From Octopus vulgaris (lineage: Eukaryota): DNA of 64,000 nt. Below are positions 11,799 through 23,602 of the stretch, piece after piece (within the stretch, counting starts at the first letter, position 1; each line of letters opens with the position of its first letter). The stretch is taken from NCBI GenBank assembly GCA_951406725.2, contig OX597838.1:43524001-43588000 (forward strand), given 5' to 3'. Under the pieces are notes generated by a model, which had not been told where the DNA came from, ran no database searches, and saw only the letters and a list, made by a program, of their open reading frames with translations. Made by a program: the position numbers and the translations under genes.

Positions 11799-14700
11799 TA
11801 TTATGTAAACAATAGATGTGGAAGCGCTGTTCCAAAATTGCAAGGCACAGTGTGTCAGAGAGAACGAAGATGGGTGGTGGGGGAGGGGAGCAAGCCCAAC
11901 ATGATTGTTTTGTGTGTATGTGTGAATCGTCACCATTTTAGCATCCACTTTTCCATATTTGCATGAGTTAATATATGTGTGTGTGTATCTGTTACACATT
12001 CATATCTATGTGTATACGTATGTATGAATACATCCCCACTATTGGCACTATTTGTTAGTAAACAGTATGAACTGCATCTAAGGCGGATATGCACAATGTG
12101 TATCACTCTGCTGTATATTGACAGTTCGTGTAACAGGTAAAGTAAATAAACACGTAAAACAATAACAATGCCTTCATTGAGTTGTCTATCATCCCATCAC
12201 GAACGAAAGAATGCATAACATGGTGGCAGCGGTAAATAATTAATCAGAAACTGTGCCTTTACAACAAAACAGGAATACAACAAACCAGAAATTTAACAAA
12301 CTGAATATCGCTTCGTCTTCAGACACACACACACGAGGATCCAAAATGGTGGCCCCCGTTGCCGTACAGATGAATTTACATCCGACCATAAACTGGGACG
12401 CCGATTATATTGTGGAAACGTTCAAGAAATTCAAACAGAAAACTCAACTGGCTTTCAAAAGCTTCCTGAAAGGTACAACTGCCAATGAAAAGGTAAGCTA
12501 CATCCTTTTATGGACGGGAGAGAAGGGCCTAGACCTATTCAATAGCTGGGACATGTCAGAATTGGATTGCAATAACCCAGACACACTTTTAGAGAAATTT
12601 GAAAGGCACCTAGAGCCCAGATCGAACCATAGAATTCACAGATACGAATTCCAGGGCCTGAAGCAAGACCCACAAGAAACGATTGACAATTTCCTGTCCA
12701 GACTAAAGAATGTTGCCGAGAAATGCAAATTCAAAGACAAGGACGAAAGGATTGTTGATCAACTTATATAGGGGTGTGCTCATAAAGAAGTCCAGAAATC
12801 CCTCATAGGTAAGGACGCTCTCCAGCTAATAGAAGCAGTAGACACTGCAAGAGCATTCGAAGCCACTACCAAACAAATGGCCTCAGTTACTTTACAAACA
12901 AACACACTAGGCAGAAGTGTAGATATTGTATCTAGACATAGGACGAAACATACCCGCAAACAAAGAACATGCCAGTACTGTGGTACAGAGCATGAGTTCA
13001 ATAACCGGAAGAAATGTCCTGCATTCGGTACACACTGCAAAGCATGTGGAAAACCCAAGCACTGGAAAAAAATGTGTAGACTAACAAAATCTCAGAAATT
13101 CAAGCCCTAATTTTCAAAGAGAGCGGAAAGAGAAGACAAAGAGATATACATGCCCAACAACAAGAACAAAACACCTCAGAAGAGGAATTCTTGGCAGTCG
13201 GCTCAATAAACGTACATGAGATGGGAAATGACAACCAGAAAAAAGAAATGAGGCATACACAACAATAAGAATTCAAAAGAAGTCTGGCAAGAAATGAATG
13301 AACATTGACTTAAGGCTGAAGATTGACATTGGAGCCCAGAGTGATATCTTACCTGTCAACCTCCACAAAAAGGTGTTCCCAGAACACATGACACAAGAGG
13401 ATAAAATCAAAGAAGGAATCCTCACACCAAGTGATGTAATCCTCACTGCGTACGGAGGTACCAGGATTCCACAACTGGGCAAAACAACAATCACAGGGAC
13501 ACACAAAGGAAAAATAATCAAGTGCTCTTTTTATGTCACAACAACAGAAGGTCCAGCAATTCTTGGACTTAATACTTGTAAAAAGCTTAATATTGTGTCA
13601 ATCAATGGTGAAGTGAAGGTAGCGCCGAGCAGGATTGACAGAGATATGACTACCAAAGACCGACCACCAATCACAAATAAAGAAGAATTGATAAGCATGC
13701 ACCCAGAATGCTTTGACGATACAGTCGGGTGTTTTGTGAAATGTCGATGCCATATAACAGTCGACCCCAATACCAAACCAATTGTTCATCCACCACGCCA
13801 CGGTCCTCTAGAATTAAAAGAGAAACTGAAGGCAGAGTTGGACAGAATGGAAAAAAAGAAATAATCACCAAAGTGACACTACCAACAGACTGGGTCAATT
13901 CAATTGTAATCAAAGAAAAACCCAATGGTACCCTACGGATATGCCTCGACCCAAGGGATCTGAACAAGGCATTAAAAAAAGAGTACCATCCAATTCCAAC
14001 CCTTGAAGAAATCACACCATCATTAGCTGGATCCAAGATATTCAGCAAACTGGATGCCAGTAATGGGTACTGGACTGTAAAGATAGACAAAGCATCATCC
14101 ATGCCCACTACCTTCAACACACCATTTGGCAGATACCGATTCAACAGACTCCCATTTGGATTGAAGGTGAGCCAAGATGTTTTCCAGCGCCAAATAGATG
14201 AGACCTACCAAGGCTGCAAGGGAGCAACTGGGATCGCAGATGACATCCAAGTGCATGGCAAGGATGAGATCACATATGACTCCAATTTACATGAAGCCAC
14301 GGAGAAAACCCGACAAGCAGGTATCAAACTCAATGCAGGCAAGTGTGTGATAAAAGCAAAAGGAGTATATAATCTTTGAGATTATATACTCTGCAGAGGG
14401 AGTTAAACCAGACCCCGCTTAAAGTGGAAGCCATCAGAGACATCAAAGAACCCAAAGACAAGAAGGAACTCAGGAGCTTCCTTGGACTCATCCACTACAT
14501 GGGAGGCTTAATACCCAAGCTGGCCGATCACACTGCAAATCTCTGAGAACTAAACAAAGATGACGTAGTGTTTGATTGGTGTGCTTCACACACACAGGAT
14601 TTCAGCGCAATCAAAAAGCTCATCAGTAAGGAGACAACTCTGCAATACTATGACAGATGCAAACCAGTAATACTCCAAGTCGATGCTTCTATGAGAGGAG

Positions 14701-15890
14701 TTGGCGCAGCACTGGTACAGGAAGGTAAACCCATTGCATTTGCCTCGAAAGCTCTCTCACCCACAGAGACAAGGTATGCAAATATTGAAAGGGAACTCCT
14801 TGCAGTAGTATATGGCTGTGAAAAGTTCCATACATACCTGTATGGCAGACATTTCAATATTGAATCAGACCATTGCTCGCTAGAACAAATACATAGAAAA
14901 AAACCCCACGAAAGCACCAGCCAGACTGCAAAGATTACTGTTGAGGCTCCAAAAGTACAACTACAATATCGGGTAGAAGCCAGGAAAGGACCTGATATTG
15001 GTGGATGCTCTTTCCAGACTATCCTCACATGATAAACAGGAGATGGAAGGACTAAGCATAAAGGTCCACCACATTGTAAATGTAACAAACACAAAGCTAG
15101 CAGAAATCAAAGAGGAGACCAGCAAAGATGAAGATGAAGAACTCAGATGGTGATTCAGGGGTGGCCAAAGAGACGTCAGGTGCAGCCCCTCATTCGTGAA
15201 TATTGGGCCATCCATGATGACATATCAGTGGAGAATGGAATCCTGATGGCTGGATCCTGACTAATTATACCCAAATCAATGCAAAAAGAGATTCTTGACA
15301 AGATCCACCAATGGAAAAATGCAAGCTCCGAGCCAAGTCAGCTGTATATTGGGTAGGCATGTACCAAGACATAGAAAAGACAGTTTCTACATGCCACATT
15401 TGTCAAAAGTACAGAAACTCACAACAAAAGGAGGAAATGATATCTAGTGACATCCCAAGAAGGCCATGGCAAACTATTGGAGTAGATCTGTTCACGGAAA
15501 GCCAAGAATGGTATTTGATAATGGTCTGCTACTACTCCAAATTTCCATTTGTGAGAAAAGTGAAAGACCTGAAAGCCAAAACAATCACTACAGTGACTTG
15601 AGGACTTCTAGCAGAGCAAGGAATACCAGAGCAGATCATATGTGACAATGGAACCCAGTTCACATCGCAAGAATTCAAAAAGCTAGCTGATGAGTATGGG
15701 TTCAATATTACAACCTCATCTCCACACTACCCCAAAGGCCATGGGTTTATAGAAAGACAGGTGCAGACAGTGAATAGAACACTAGTCAAATGCTGAGAGA
15801 CTAAGGAAGACCCACACCTGGCACTTCTGTCCCTACAAGCGACACCACTGAGGGCTGACATGAAATCCCCAGCAGAAATGCTGAATGGCA
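11799..15890 (+). mobile_element. Decayed Ty3/Gypsy LTR retrotransposon (5' LTR, gag, pol; no 3' LTR seen)
   Basis: Putative LTR 11799-12220 ending CATAACA; gag with CQYCG..H..C and CKACGKPKH..MC zinc knuckles; protease IDIGAQSDI; RT LRICLDPRDLN, RLPFGL, ADDI; RNase H QVDAS..ERELLA; integrase C..CQ, DNG.QF. Domain order PR-RT-RH-IN; many stops and frameshifts. Confidence 0.9.
12221..12233 (+). promoter_or_regulatory. Primer binding site of the Gypsy element (tRNA-Leu-like)
   Basis: TGGTGGCAGCGGT directly after the LTR-terminal CA; complementary to a tRNA-Leu 3' end (ACCGCUGCCACCA). Confidence 0.75.
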
Positions 15891-16437
15891 GGTTTGATGA
15901 AATGATGAAAGAGGATGAAAAGATAACTGTTGAATTGACTGATTAATCCAGTAATTAGTTGGCTCATAATAATCCTTCCTACTATTGAAAACAAAACCTG
16001 AAATGTTGTTTGTTTTGTGTGTGTGTGTTGTTGGGGCACTAATTGATTACATCAACCCCAATTTTTGACTGATATATATTTTCTCAACCCTGAAAGGGTG
16101 AAAGCCAAAGCTGATCTCAGCAGAATTCGAACTCAAAACATTAAGATGGATAAAATTCCACTAAGCATGTTGCCTGCCATACTGTGCTAATGGTTCTGCC
16201 AGTTTGGCACCTTAGTTGGTTCATAATAAAAAAAAACTGCGAAACAAAACCAGTGTATGTGTGTGTGTATTTATGTATACAAGTCTAGGCTATGGGAATA
16301 ATTGGCTTTGAAAGCACGTGGCTTTATGTTCTACCTCACTGCACAGCACCCTTGGGCAAGTGTCTTCTACTGTGCTAGTAACGGGAATTAGATGGAAACA
16401 GTATGGAAGCCCGTTGTTTGTGTGTGTGTGTATATAA

Positions 16438-16478
16438 TGGCTGACGACTAGCATACTGCTTGAAACTCAAGATTACCA
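16438..16478 (+). ncRNA. Degenerate minimal hammerhead ribozyme motif (Penelope-type remnant)
   Basis: TGG-CTGACGA-CT-AGCA-TAC-TGCT-T-GAAA-CTCAAGAT-TA-CCA: stems I and II present, stem III mismatched. Confidence 0.5.
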
Positions 16479-16596
16479 ACGAATTTGAATCAAACTGTTT
16501 TTAGTCCACATATATATATATATGTGTGTGTGTGTGTTTTGTTGCCCCTTTTTTGTATCACCTGTCTGGATGTTTTGCGTTCTTGTCCCATTTTTG

Positions 16597-16641
<45 letters not shown>

Positions 16642-17110
16642 TTCATATACATATGCACGTATATATATATGTAGTGTTTTTGTGCTTAGATATCCTTGGC
16701 TATGAAAGGTGTTTGTTTTGATTATATTTCGAAATATGTGTGCATGTACAGGTGAGATTGTAACATTGACTAATCAGGACTCACAAATACATTTAGTACA
16801 GTCATTACAATACAGTTTCAAACAAACATATCAACAACTAGGTACACAATTAAGTACCTGGCAAAATTACCTGACTGATAGCAGCAATGTCAGATGAATC
16901 TCATTGAGATTTACCTGACAGTAATTAGAAAATGGTAGTCCACTGGTGATGTGGTGGCCTTCATCAGTTGCAATTTACATGGAAATAAAGAATCCCTGCT
17001 TGAAACAACAATCTCTCTTTCATCTCATCACACATCAAACCTTTTCTTCAAGATTTAGTCTTTCTCACAAAGACAGGTGAGTTTTGTTGTTGTTTTTTTT
17101 TTGTTCTGAA

Positions 17111-19904
17111 TCATGCCTCACTTATGGATTCATTATCTTTCAAAACAGAAAATGTCACTTCATTTAGTTTCATTGGTTCGTAAGTGAAATCGTTGCTCAA
17201 CAAAACGGCCAGCGTAGATCCTTGTTCTGATTTCAATTCTTTGAATTTCTGTATGGCATCATACTGCCTTTGGTTTGTGTCTATGCCTGTTGCAGGCCCT
17301 CCAGGGGTTAATATATGGGAAAATGGGTAAACAGTCTCCAGGAAACTATCTATAAACATCTTCTTGTGGTTGTTGCTGTCGCGTCGAGCCGTTCGACTCA
17401 TCTCTTTCTGCTTCTCAATCCAAGTGTCACGAAGCAATTGCATCCTGTCGAATTGATCCGCAACCAAAGGGAAAGATGCCAAAACCGAACTGGATATCAG
17501 CTCCGTGTTATCCAAACCGGTTCTGTCTCGTAGGAGAGCCTTTGCCAGAATGTTCCGGTACAATGCATAGAAATGCATCAGGCACACATTACCAATGATG
17601 GTGTGAGGTAAACTGTTCAAAACATCTTTCTGTTCTTTTTTGGGAGGAAGAACTTTGACCACTAATGTTGGCTTTTGGTGCCCAGTAAAAAGACTAAGAA
17701 AGGAATTCTCTTCAACTGCATTTGAAAATCTGGAGTCAAGAGGAATACCCCTGTCATAGGGAGTTCCACCATGAAGGGGCAATTCATAAGAATGGTTTGT
17801 AATGGTTTCTTCATTTAATAAAAGCTTAGTCCAACCACAGCTGAATATCCCTTGTTCCTGGGTGTCTTGTTGGGTGTAAGACAGACACAGCTCAAACAGT
17901 AAACTTATCTGATTCCCTGAGTAATTTGTTCTCACAAAGAATTCTGTATGTAAACTGACATCCATATTATCAGAGACACGAGAAGAAAAACTCCAAGACT
18001 TTTGAGATTTATCAACTGATTGCACTATGATTGTGTGTATGTTACTCAAGACATTTTTCCCATCAAAAATACAAACTCGTACGCATCGACACTGGACATC
18101 GATACCCGGACCTGTTTGTGGAATGTTCCGGCAAGACTGAATACTCACAATTTTTAATATATTTACACTGTAAGGACAAATTTGTTTGTCTGAAGGAGAG
18201 TAAAACAAATCTGTATAGCTCATTGCTGTTTTACTCAAGGATGGATGAAGTGCTTTCTCCATGCGATACTCCGAGTTGGCAGCCCATAAACTACTCAGAG
18301 TAGAAGGTCTGAAACCAGATGGCACAGTGCCTTTTGCTTGAAGAACATCAACAATGGATTGTTCTTGAATTGATTCTTTGATAGTTTGCCAAAGTTGTTT
18401 AGCAGAACGAGTTTTCGGTTTATCTCCTCCGCTGTCCACTTTCACATCCTCATCTATATCTGAGTCTTCTTCATTCTCTTCTTCTTCCTCAAAGTTATCA
18501 TCACTGTCACTTTCTCCTTCATCTTTCCTCCTCCTCCTCCTCATCATCATCATCAGTAGAAGACCTCATCTGCAGATAGGTGCTGGGCACCAGGCCTCGA
18601 AAACCATCCTTATTTTCAGCAAGCCACCAACCATTTCGATGGGCCTGCACGATTTTCAAGACTTCACCTTTCTTAAAACTTAAATCATTTGTCTCTTCTT
18701 TCTCATAGTTTGATAATGCAACAAAATACTTAGTAGGAAGTTCCATTTCTTCATCAGACTCAGATTCTTCCTCCTCCTCATCTGTAGAATCCCCTTCTTC
18801 CTCATTCACTTTACTCAGGTCCTCCTTCTCCTCCTCATATTCATCAGACTCCTCCTCCACCTCTTCTTCATCTGACTCCTCCTCCTCCTCCCTTCCTTCA
18901 TCTTCCTCTTCCAAGAGTTCCTTAGTTTTTGGAGGTAATTTCTCTTTAGGACGAAGATTATGTTTCAAATCTGATTTCATGTCAGCTATTAACTTTGATT
19001 TCAAACCTTTCTTCTTCTGGTTGGTCACGGAACTTTGACTTTCTGTGGTTGTTGTTGTTGCTGCTGCTGGTCCTTCATGAGGATATGGTGTGGGAACAAC
19101 TCGAGTGGGGCTTTTCTCAGATTCTGGTTTCTGATTCAAAATTTTCGACTTGGATTTCAAAGAAGAATGGCTACTTGTAAAAGACTTTACCATACCAACA
19201 TCTTCATTCTCTGTAACTGCAACGCTGGTACTACTAGCTGGGCCACTCGTGCTAGCTGCACCCTCTTCGTCATCCTCCTCCTCTTCATTGTCATCATCAT
19301 CGTCGTCGTCGTCATCATCGTCATCAACATCATCGCTTTCCTCATGCTCGTCCACATCTTCGTTTATTTCTTTTTCCGGATTTCCTGCAATACTTTCCCC
19401 TGAACTGGGAATCTTCCCGGACTGGGAATCTTTCTTACTACTGTTATTATTGTTTTCTTTCTTCGATCGATTTTGCTTCTTCTTTGTTGTGATGCTTTTC
19501 GTTGCCGCCTTCTCCCCTGAATCTGTATCTTTGGTAGTTTCAACGTTTTGGCTTCCTTCGTTTTCTTTTGATGCTGTTTGTTGAACAATAACATCGTAAG
19601 CATCTGATACTAGTTTCTGTTGGATGGCCACTTTTTTTAGAAGGCTCTTTTTCTTGGAATCGAAATTCTTCTGTTGTTTCGGATCCTTATTTTCAAGTAA
19701 ATCAATTTCCTTCGTTAGACTTTCCAGCTCGTTCGCTAAACTTTTACATTCTTCGCTTAACGCCCAAACATTCTCCGACTCCTTCACGTCCGGATTCGAC
19801 TTCCTAAACTTTTTAAACTTCTTTAGAAACGAATCTGTATCTTTTTTTAATTTATCAAACGAATTCGATAACGTCTGGAGCGCAACTGGTGTCCTGCCCA
19901 ACAT
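17111..19904 (-). CDS. NPHP1: Nephrocystin-1, apparently a single coding exon split by a 1-nt frameshift at about 18524-18526
   Basis: N-terminal coiled coil, acidic tracts and an SH3 domain (VALSNYEKEETNDLSFKKGEVL..GWWLAE..GLVPSTYL), then a nephrocystin homology region (FDGKNVLSNIHT, LLFEL, SCGW..L, LHGGTPY). Removing one A from GAAAGAT fuses the two ORFs into 930 aa. Confidence 0.88.
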
Positions 19905-20141
19905 TATTATTACGCCTGTGATGTAGAAGAATAAGTTGGGCGCGAGTGTGTGTACGAATGTATGAATGAATAAACGTGGCTGCTCGCGTCAATGTATGTC
20001 TTTATACGTCTGTGTGTGTGTGTAGCTATATATAAATATATGTGTGTGTGTATCTATCTATATATAAATATATATATATGTGTATGTGTATCTGTCTGTT
20101 CGTATTAACATTCTTTGCAAAATCTTGAACAAAGTTTTCGC

Positions 20142-20155
20142 GTTGCTAAGGCGAA
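20142..20155. promoter_or_regulatory. X-box-like (RFX) motif upstream of NPHP1
   Basis: GTTGCTAAGGCGAA resembles GTTGCYAWGGCAAC; about 240 bp upstream of the ATG of a ciliary gene. Confidence 0.45.
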
Positions 20156-20169
20156 GCGTTATTAACAAC

Positions 20170-20183
20170 GCGCCACCTACAGG
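20170..20183 (-). promoter_or_regulatory. CTCF-like motif
   Basis: Reverse strand CCTGTAGGTGGCGC fits the CCWSYAGRKGGCGC core. Confidence 0.4.
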
Positions 20184-20344
20184 AAAGAAAGTAAACCCCC
20201 ACCAAAAACAAGAGGAGGTAAAGCCAAGTAGAAAATAAAACGGGAAATCAAAGGGAAGTAATTTGGTAAATTATTTTCGTGCGTTTAAAAAATGCGTCAA
20301 GAATGAAAGTAAAAAAATTGGAAGTGACAAGAATGGATGGACTC

Positions 20345-20695
20345 ACCCCTAACCATAACTCTAACCCGAACCCTAAAATAGATTGAAATGCAATAGATCG
20401 ATACTAGGGTTATAATTATAGGTGACAATTTCATATGACACCGCTACGGAAAATGGGATTTTTTTGTAGCGGTGTCAAATGAAATTGTCACCCATAATTA
20501 TAACCCTAGTATCGATCTATTGCATTTCAATCTATTTTAGGGTTAGAGTTATGGTTATGGTTAGGGTTAGGGGTGGGGGAAGGGTATCTTATTTTCTTCG
20601 CAAATGTAAATAAACCCAATCTGTTTCTTAAACGAGGGACATATTCATACAGCACGGAATTGTGTTGACATGTGCCGTTCAAAAGGAAAAGATCC
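20345..20695. mobile_element. Fold-back derivative of the 7917-8330 MITE family
   Basis: About 105-bp inverted arms around 20450-20465; shares internal sequence (atcgatctattgcatttcaatct) and the right TIR (tgccgttcaaa..gaaaagatcc) with 7917-8330. Confidence 0.7.
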
Positions 20696-21019
20696 CGATT
20701 TTGACTGAGGGCTGGCGAACCAGATGGCTGCACCAGGCTCCAATCTTGATCTGGCAGAGTTTCTACAGCTGGATGCCCTTCCTAACGCCAACCACTTCGA
20801 GAGTGTAGTGGGTGCTTTTTACGTGCCACCGGCACGAGGGCCTGTCAGGCAGTATTGGCAATGACCTCGCTCGAATCTTTTCACACATGTCACTGGCACA
20901 GGTGCCAGTAAGGCAACGTTGGTAACGATGGAAACAAATATATATATATACATACAAATATGGAAACAAATATATATATATATATACATACACCAAATAT
21001 ACACAATATTATATATGTT

Positions 21020-22860
21020 TCATAATGAACCATGCAATTCACACCCTGGAAATTCTATTTCTGTAAAATGTTGGGAGTGGGTAAAATTTCCGAGGCTTCC
21101 ATCTCACCCTACCCCGTTTTTCGGACCGCAAAAAGGGTTTTGTAACACATTAGGGTGTCACAGGAATTCATTCAACGGAAAAAAAAAAATTCCAACGATT
21201 CCAAGACGAGAGGGGGGGGTCCCCCTTTCGCCCCCTCTTTTCCGAACCAAAATAAGGGATTTGCAGCATATTAGGTCAGAGTGCTTAACTCCACACCAAA
21301 AATCCGATTTTTTCTTTTCCTTAGTGAAATTTCTCGGAGAGAAATAAAGTTTTGTTACTCCACAAATTTTTTCGACAGGCAGCTCAATTATATGTTCCCC
21401 TCACAGACCAATCACACTTTCCGACTGCTTAATCGCAATTCCAGGGGTGCTAATGTAGATTTGCATCTCTCCTAGAAAAATTAATTTTTCTGAGAAAGTT
21501 TATTTGGATTCCTAGGTTTTATAAGTCAGAATAAACTTTTTCAGAAAAATACATTTCTGAAGGGGAGGTGTGAATTTGCATTAGCCCCGTTCCCAAATCT
21601 TTTAGTGGGTGCATCAAACAGCTTTTCCGTCATCCTCAAAAATTTCATGGATGCGAAAATGAAAGCAGACATATATAACAGGTATAAATCCTTAAATCCT
21701 TTAAAATGTTTTAGCCCGAAGGCCGCGGCCATGTAGAACATTTATTTCTGTACTTTCTGTTTATTCATTTAAGTCATTGAAATTGTTGTGCGCACACACA
21801 GAAACAAATGTTCTCCAGGCATTTGGCTATTATTTTTAGGATATTGACATTTACAATTTCAGTCAGCTTGGAGTTTTTCATAGAAAATTTGAGATTAAAA
21901 AAATTTTTCATATTCTTAATCTCTGTATTTTTCCACGTACATTGAAAAATATATTTAATTTTGCAAAAGTTTACCGGTAGATAATGCAGCTTGTATTCTC
22001 TCTCTCTCTCTCTCTTTTTCTCAAGCAAAGATATGTTCATTTTAAATCGCTTCTCTAGAGAAACAACATTCTCCCCACCACCACCACCACCACCACACAA
22101 AAATTAGTTTGCACGCGAAAGTTTTTTATTTTTGTTTTTTCGTAAAACGTTGGTCTAGCAAAACAGTATGTTTTGCTGAGAATTAATCCATTTTTTTGAC
22201 AGCAAGAGGTAAGAAGCAGTTTGTCTGAATTTTTACCTGTCGACATACATGAATACACCAATTATACACAATTTATATATATTTAATAACGAACCATGTA
22301 ATTCACATGCTGGAAATTTTATTTCTGTAAAATGTTGGGAGTGAGTGAGACTTCCGAGGCTTCCACCTCACCCCACTCCATTTTTCGGACCACAAAAAGG
22401 GTTTTCTAGCTTGTTGGGATGGGTTATGTTAGCATGTTACAGGAATTCATTCAACGAGAAAAAAAAAAAAAAAAAATTCCAATTCGCTTCCCCCTTTTCC
22501 GAACCAAAATAAGGGATTTGCAGCATATTAGGGTAAGGAGGTCAGAGTACTCGATTCCACGCAAAAAATCCGAATTAAAAAAATTTTTTTTCCTTAGTGA
22601 TAATTCCGGGGGTGGGGGTGGTTTGCCCCCCCCTTCCAGACCAATTCCGAACCAAAATAAGGGATTTGCACCATATTACGACGTCAGGGTACTTAATTCC
22701 ACGCAAAAAATCAGAATTTTTTTTTGGAGAGGGGGGATGCTCCCCCCCCCCCCCTTCCGGACCAATTCCGAACCAAAATAAGGGATTTGCAGCATATTAC
22801 GAGGTCAGGATACTTAATTCCACGCAAAAAATCAGAATTTTTTTTTTCCTTAGTGAAAAT
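21020..22860 (+). repeat. Local duplication plus ~120-bp tandem units upstream of SLC4A1AP
   Basis: About 21020-21330 recurs at about 22285-22600; the unit ttccgaaccaaaataagggatttgcagcatatta..aaaaatc occurs at about 21240, 22497, 22645 and 22765. Confidence 0.75.
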
Positions 22861-22993
22861 CGTGCGGGTGTTACTCGAAAATAAGCTAAGATATCATTTA
22901 GAATTCTACTTTCGAAAATAGTTATATGAAAATCTATGATTAATAACATAAGCGGTCCATGTTCATATCCGTAAGCGGCTGAAGATCTTCAAA

Positions 22994-23602
22994 ATGGATG
23001 CTAGGTCTGGCAAAACCAAAACAGACGAAGAAGAAATGGATTTTTGTGACGAAGAGAAGAAACCTGCTGATACAGACACAGCAGATATGAACGACAAAGA
23101 AGAAATTGATTTTAAAAAGCCATTAGCGATGGTTAAAAGCAACGATGAACAAAACTTACCGACGATCTCTTGCGAGGAACCCGAATGCGAAGAACCTGCT
23201 CTCGACTGCCCTTCGTCAGAACCAACAAACCTAACAGCCTCGATCCCTTATAAAGAACCTTATTGGAGTGGAATGGCTACGAAACCATATTCGTTCGATG
23301 TATTAAAGAACGGCAGCATTATCGACAAAGTAAATTTGAAGGAGAAACCCTTCTACATATTCGGTCGCCTACCGACCTGTGATGTGACTTTGGAGCATCC
23401 GTCTCTCTCGCGCTATCACGCCTGTATACAACACTGTGGCACCACATGCGACCGGTATCAGCAGGGCTGGTATTTATACGACCTTGATAGTACGCATGGA
23501 ACTTGGATTAATAAGATACAGGTTCGTCCCAAGGTTTATCATCGAATCCGTGTGGGTCATGTAATCAAATTTGGCGGCAGCAGTCGATTGTTCATCCTGC
23601 AG
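22994..23602 (+). CDS. SLC4A1AP: Kanadaptin exon 1 (FHA domain)
   Basis: PYKEPYWSG..FGRLPTCDVTLEHPSLSRYHA..LYDLDSTHGTWINK..VGHVIKFGGSSRLFILQ followed by a GT donor. Confidence 0.93.

Noticed and set aside
18519-18553. Programmed ribosomal frameshift or micro-intron in NPHP1
   Set aside because: No X XXY YYZ slippery heptamer or GT-AG pair at the junction; a single-base indel is simpler.
20540-20575. Interstitial telomere
   Set aside because: Only a few degenerate hexamers, inside a MITE.
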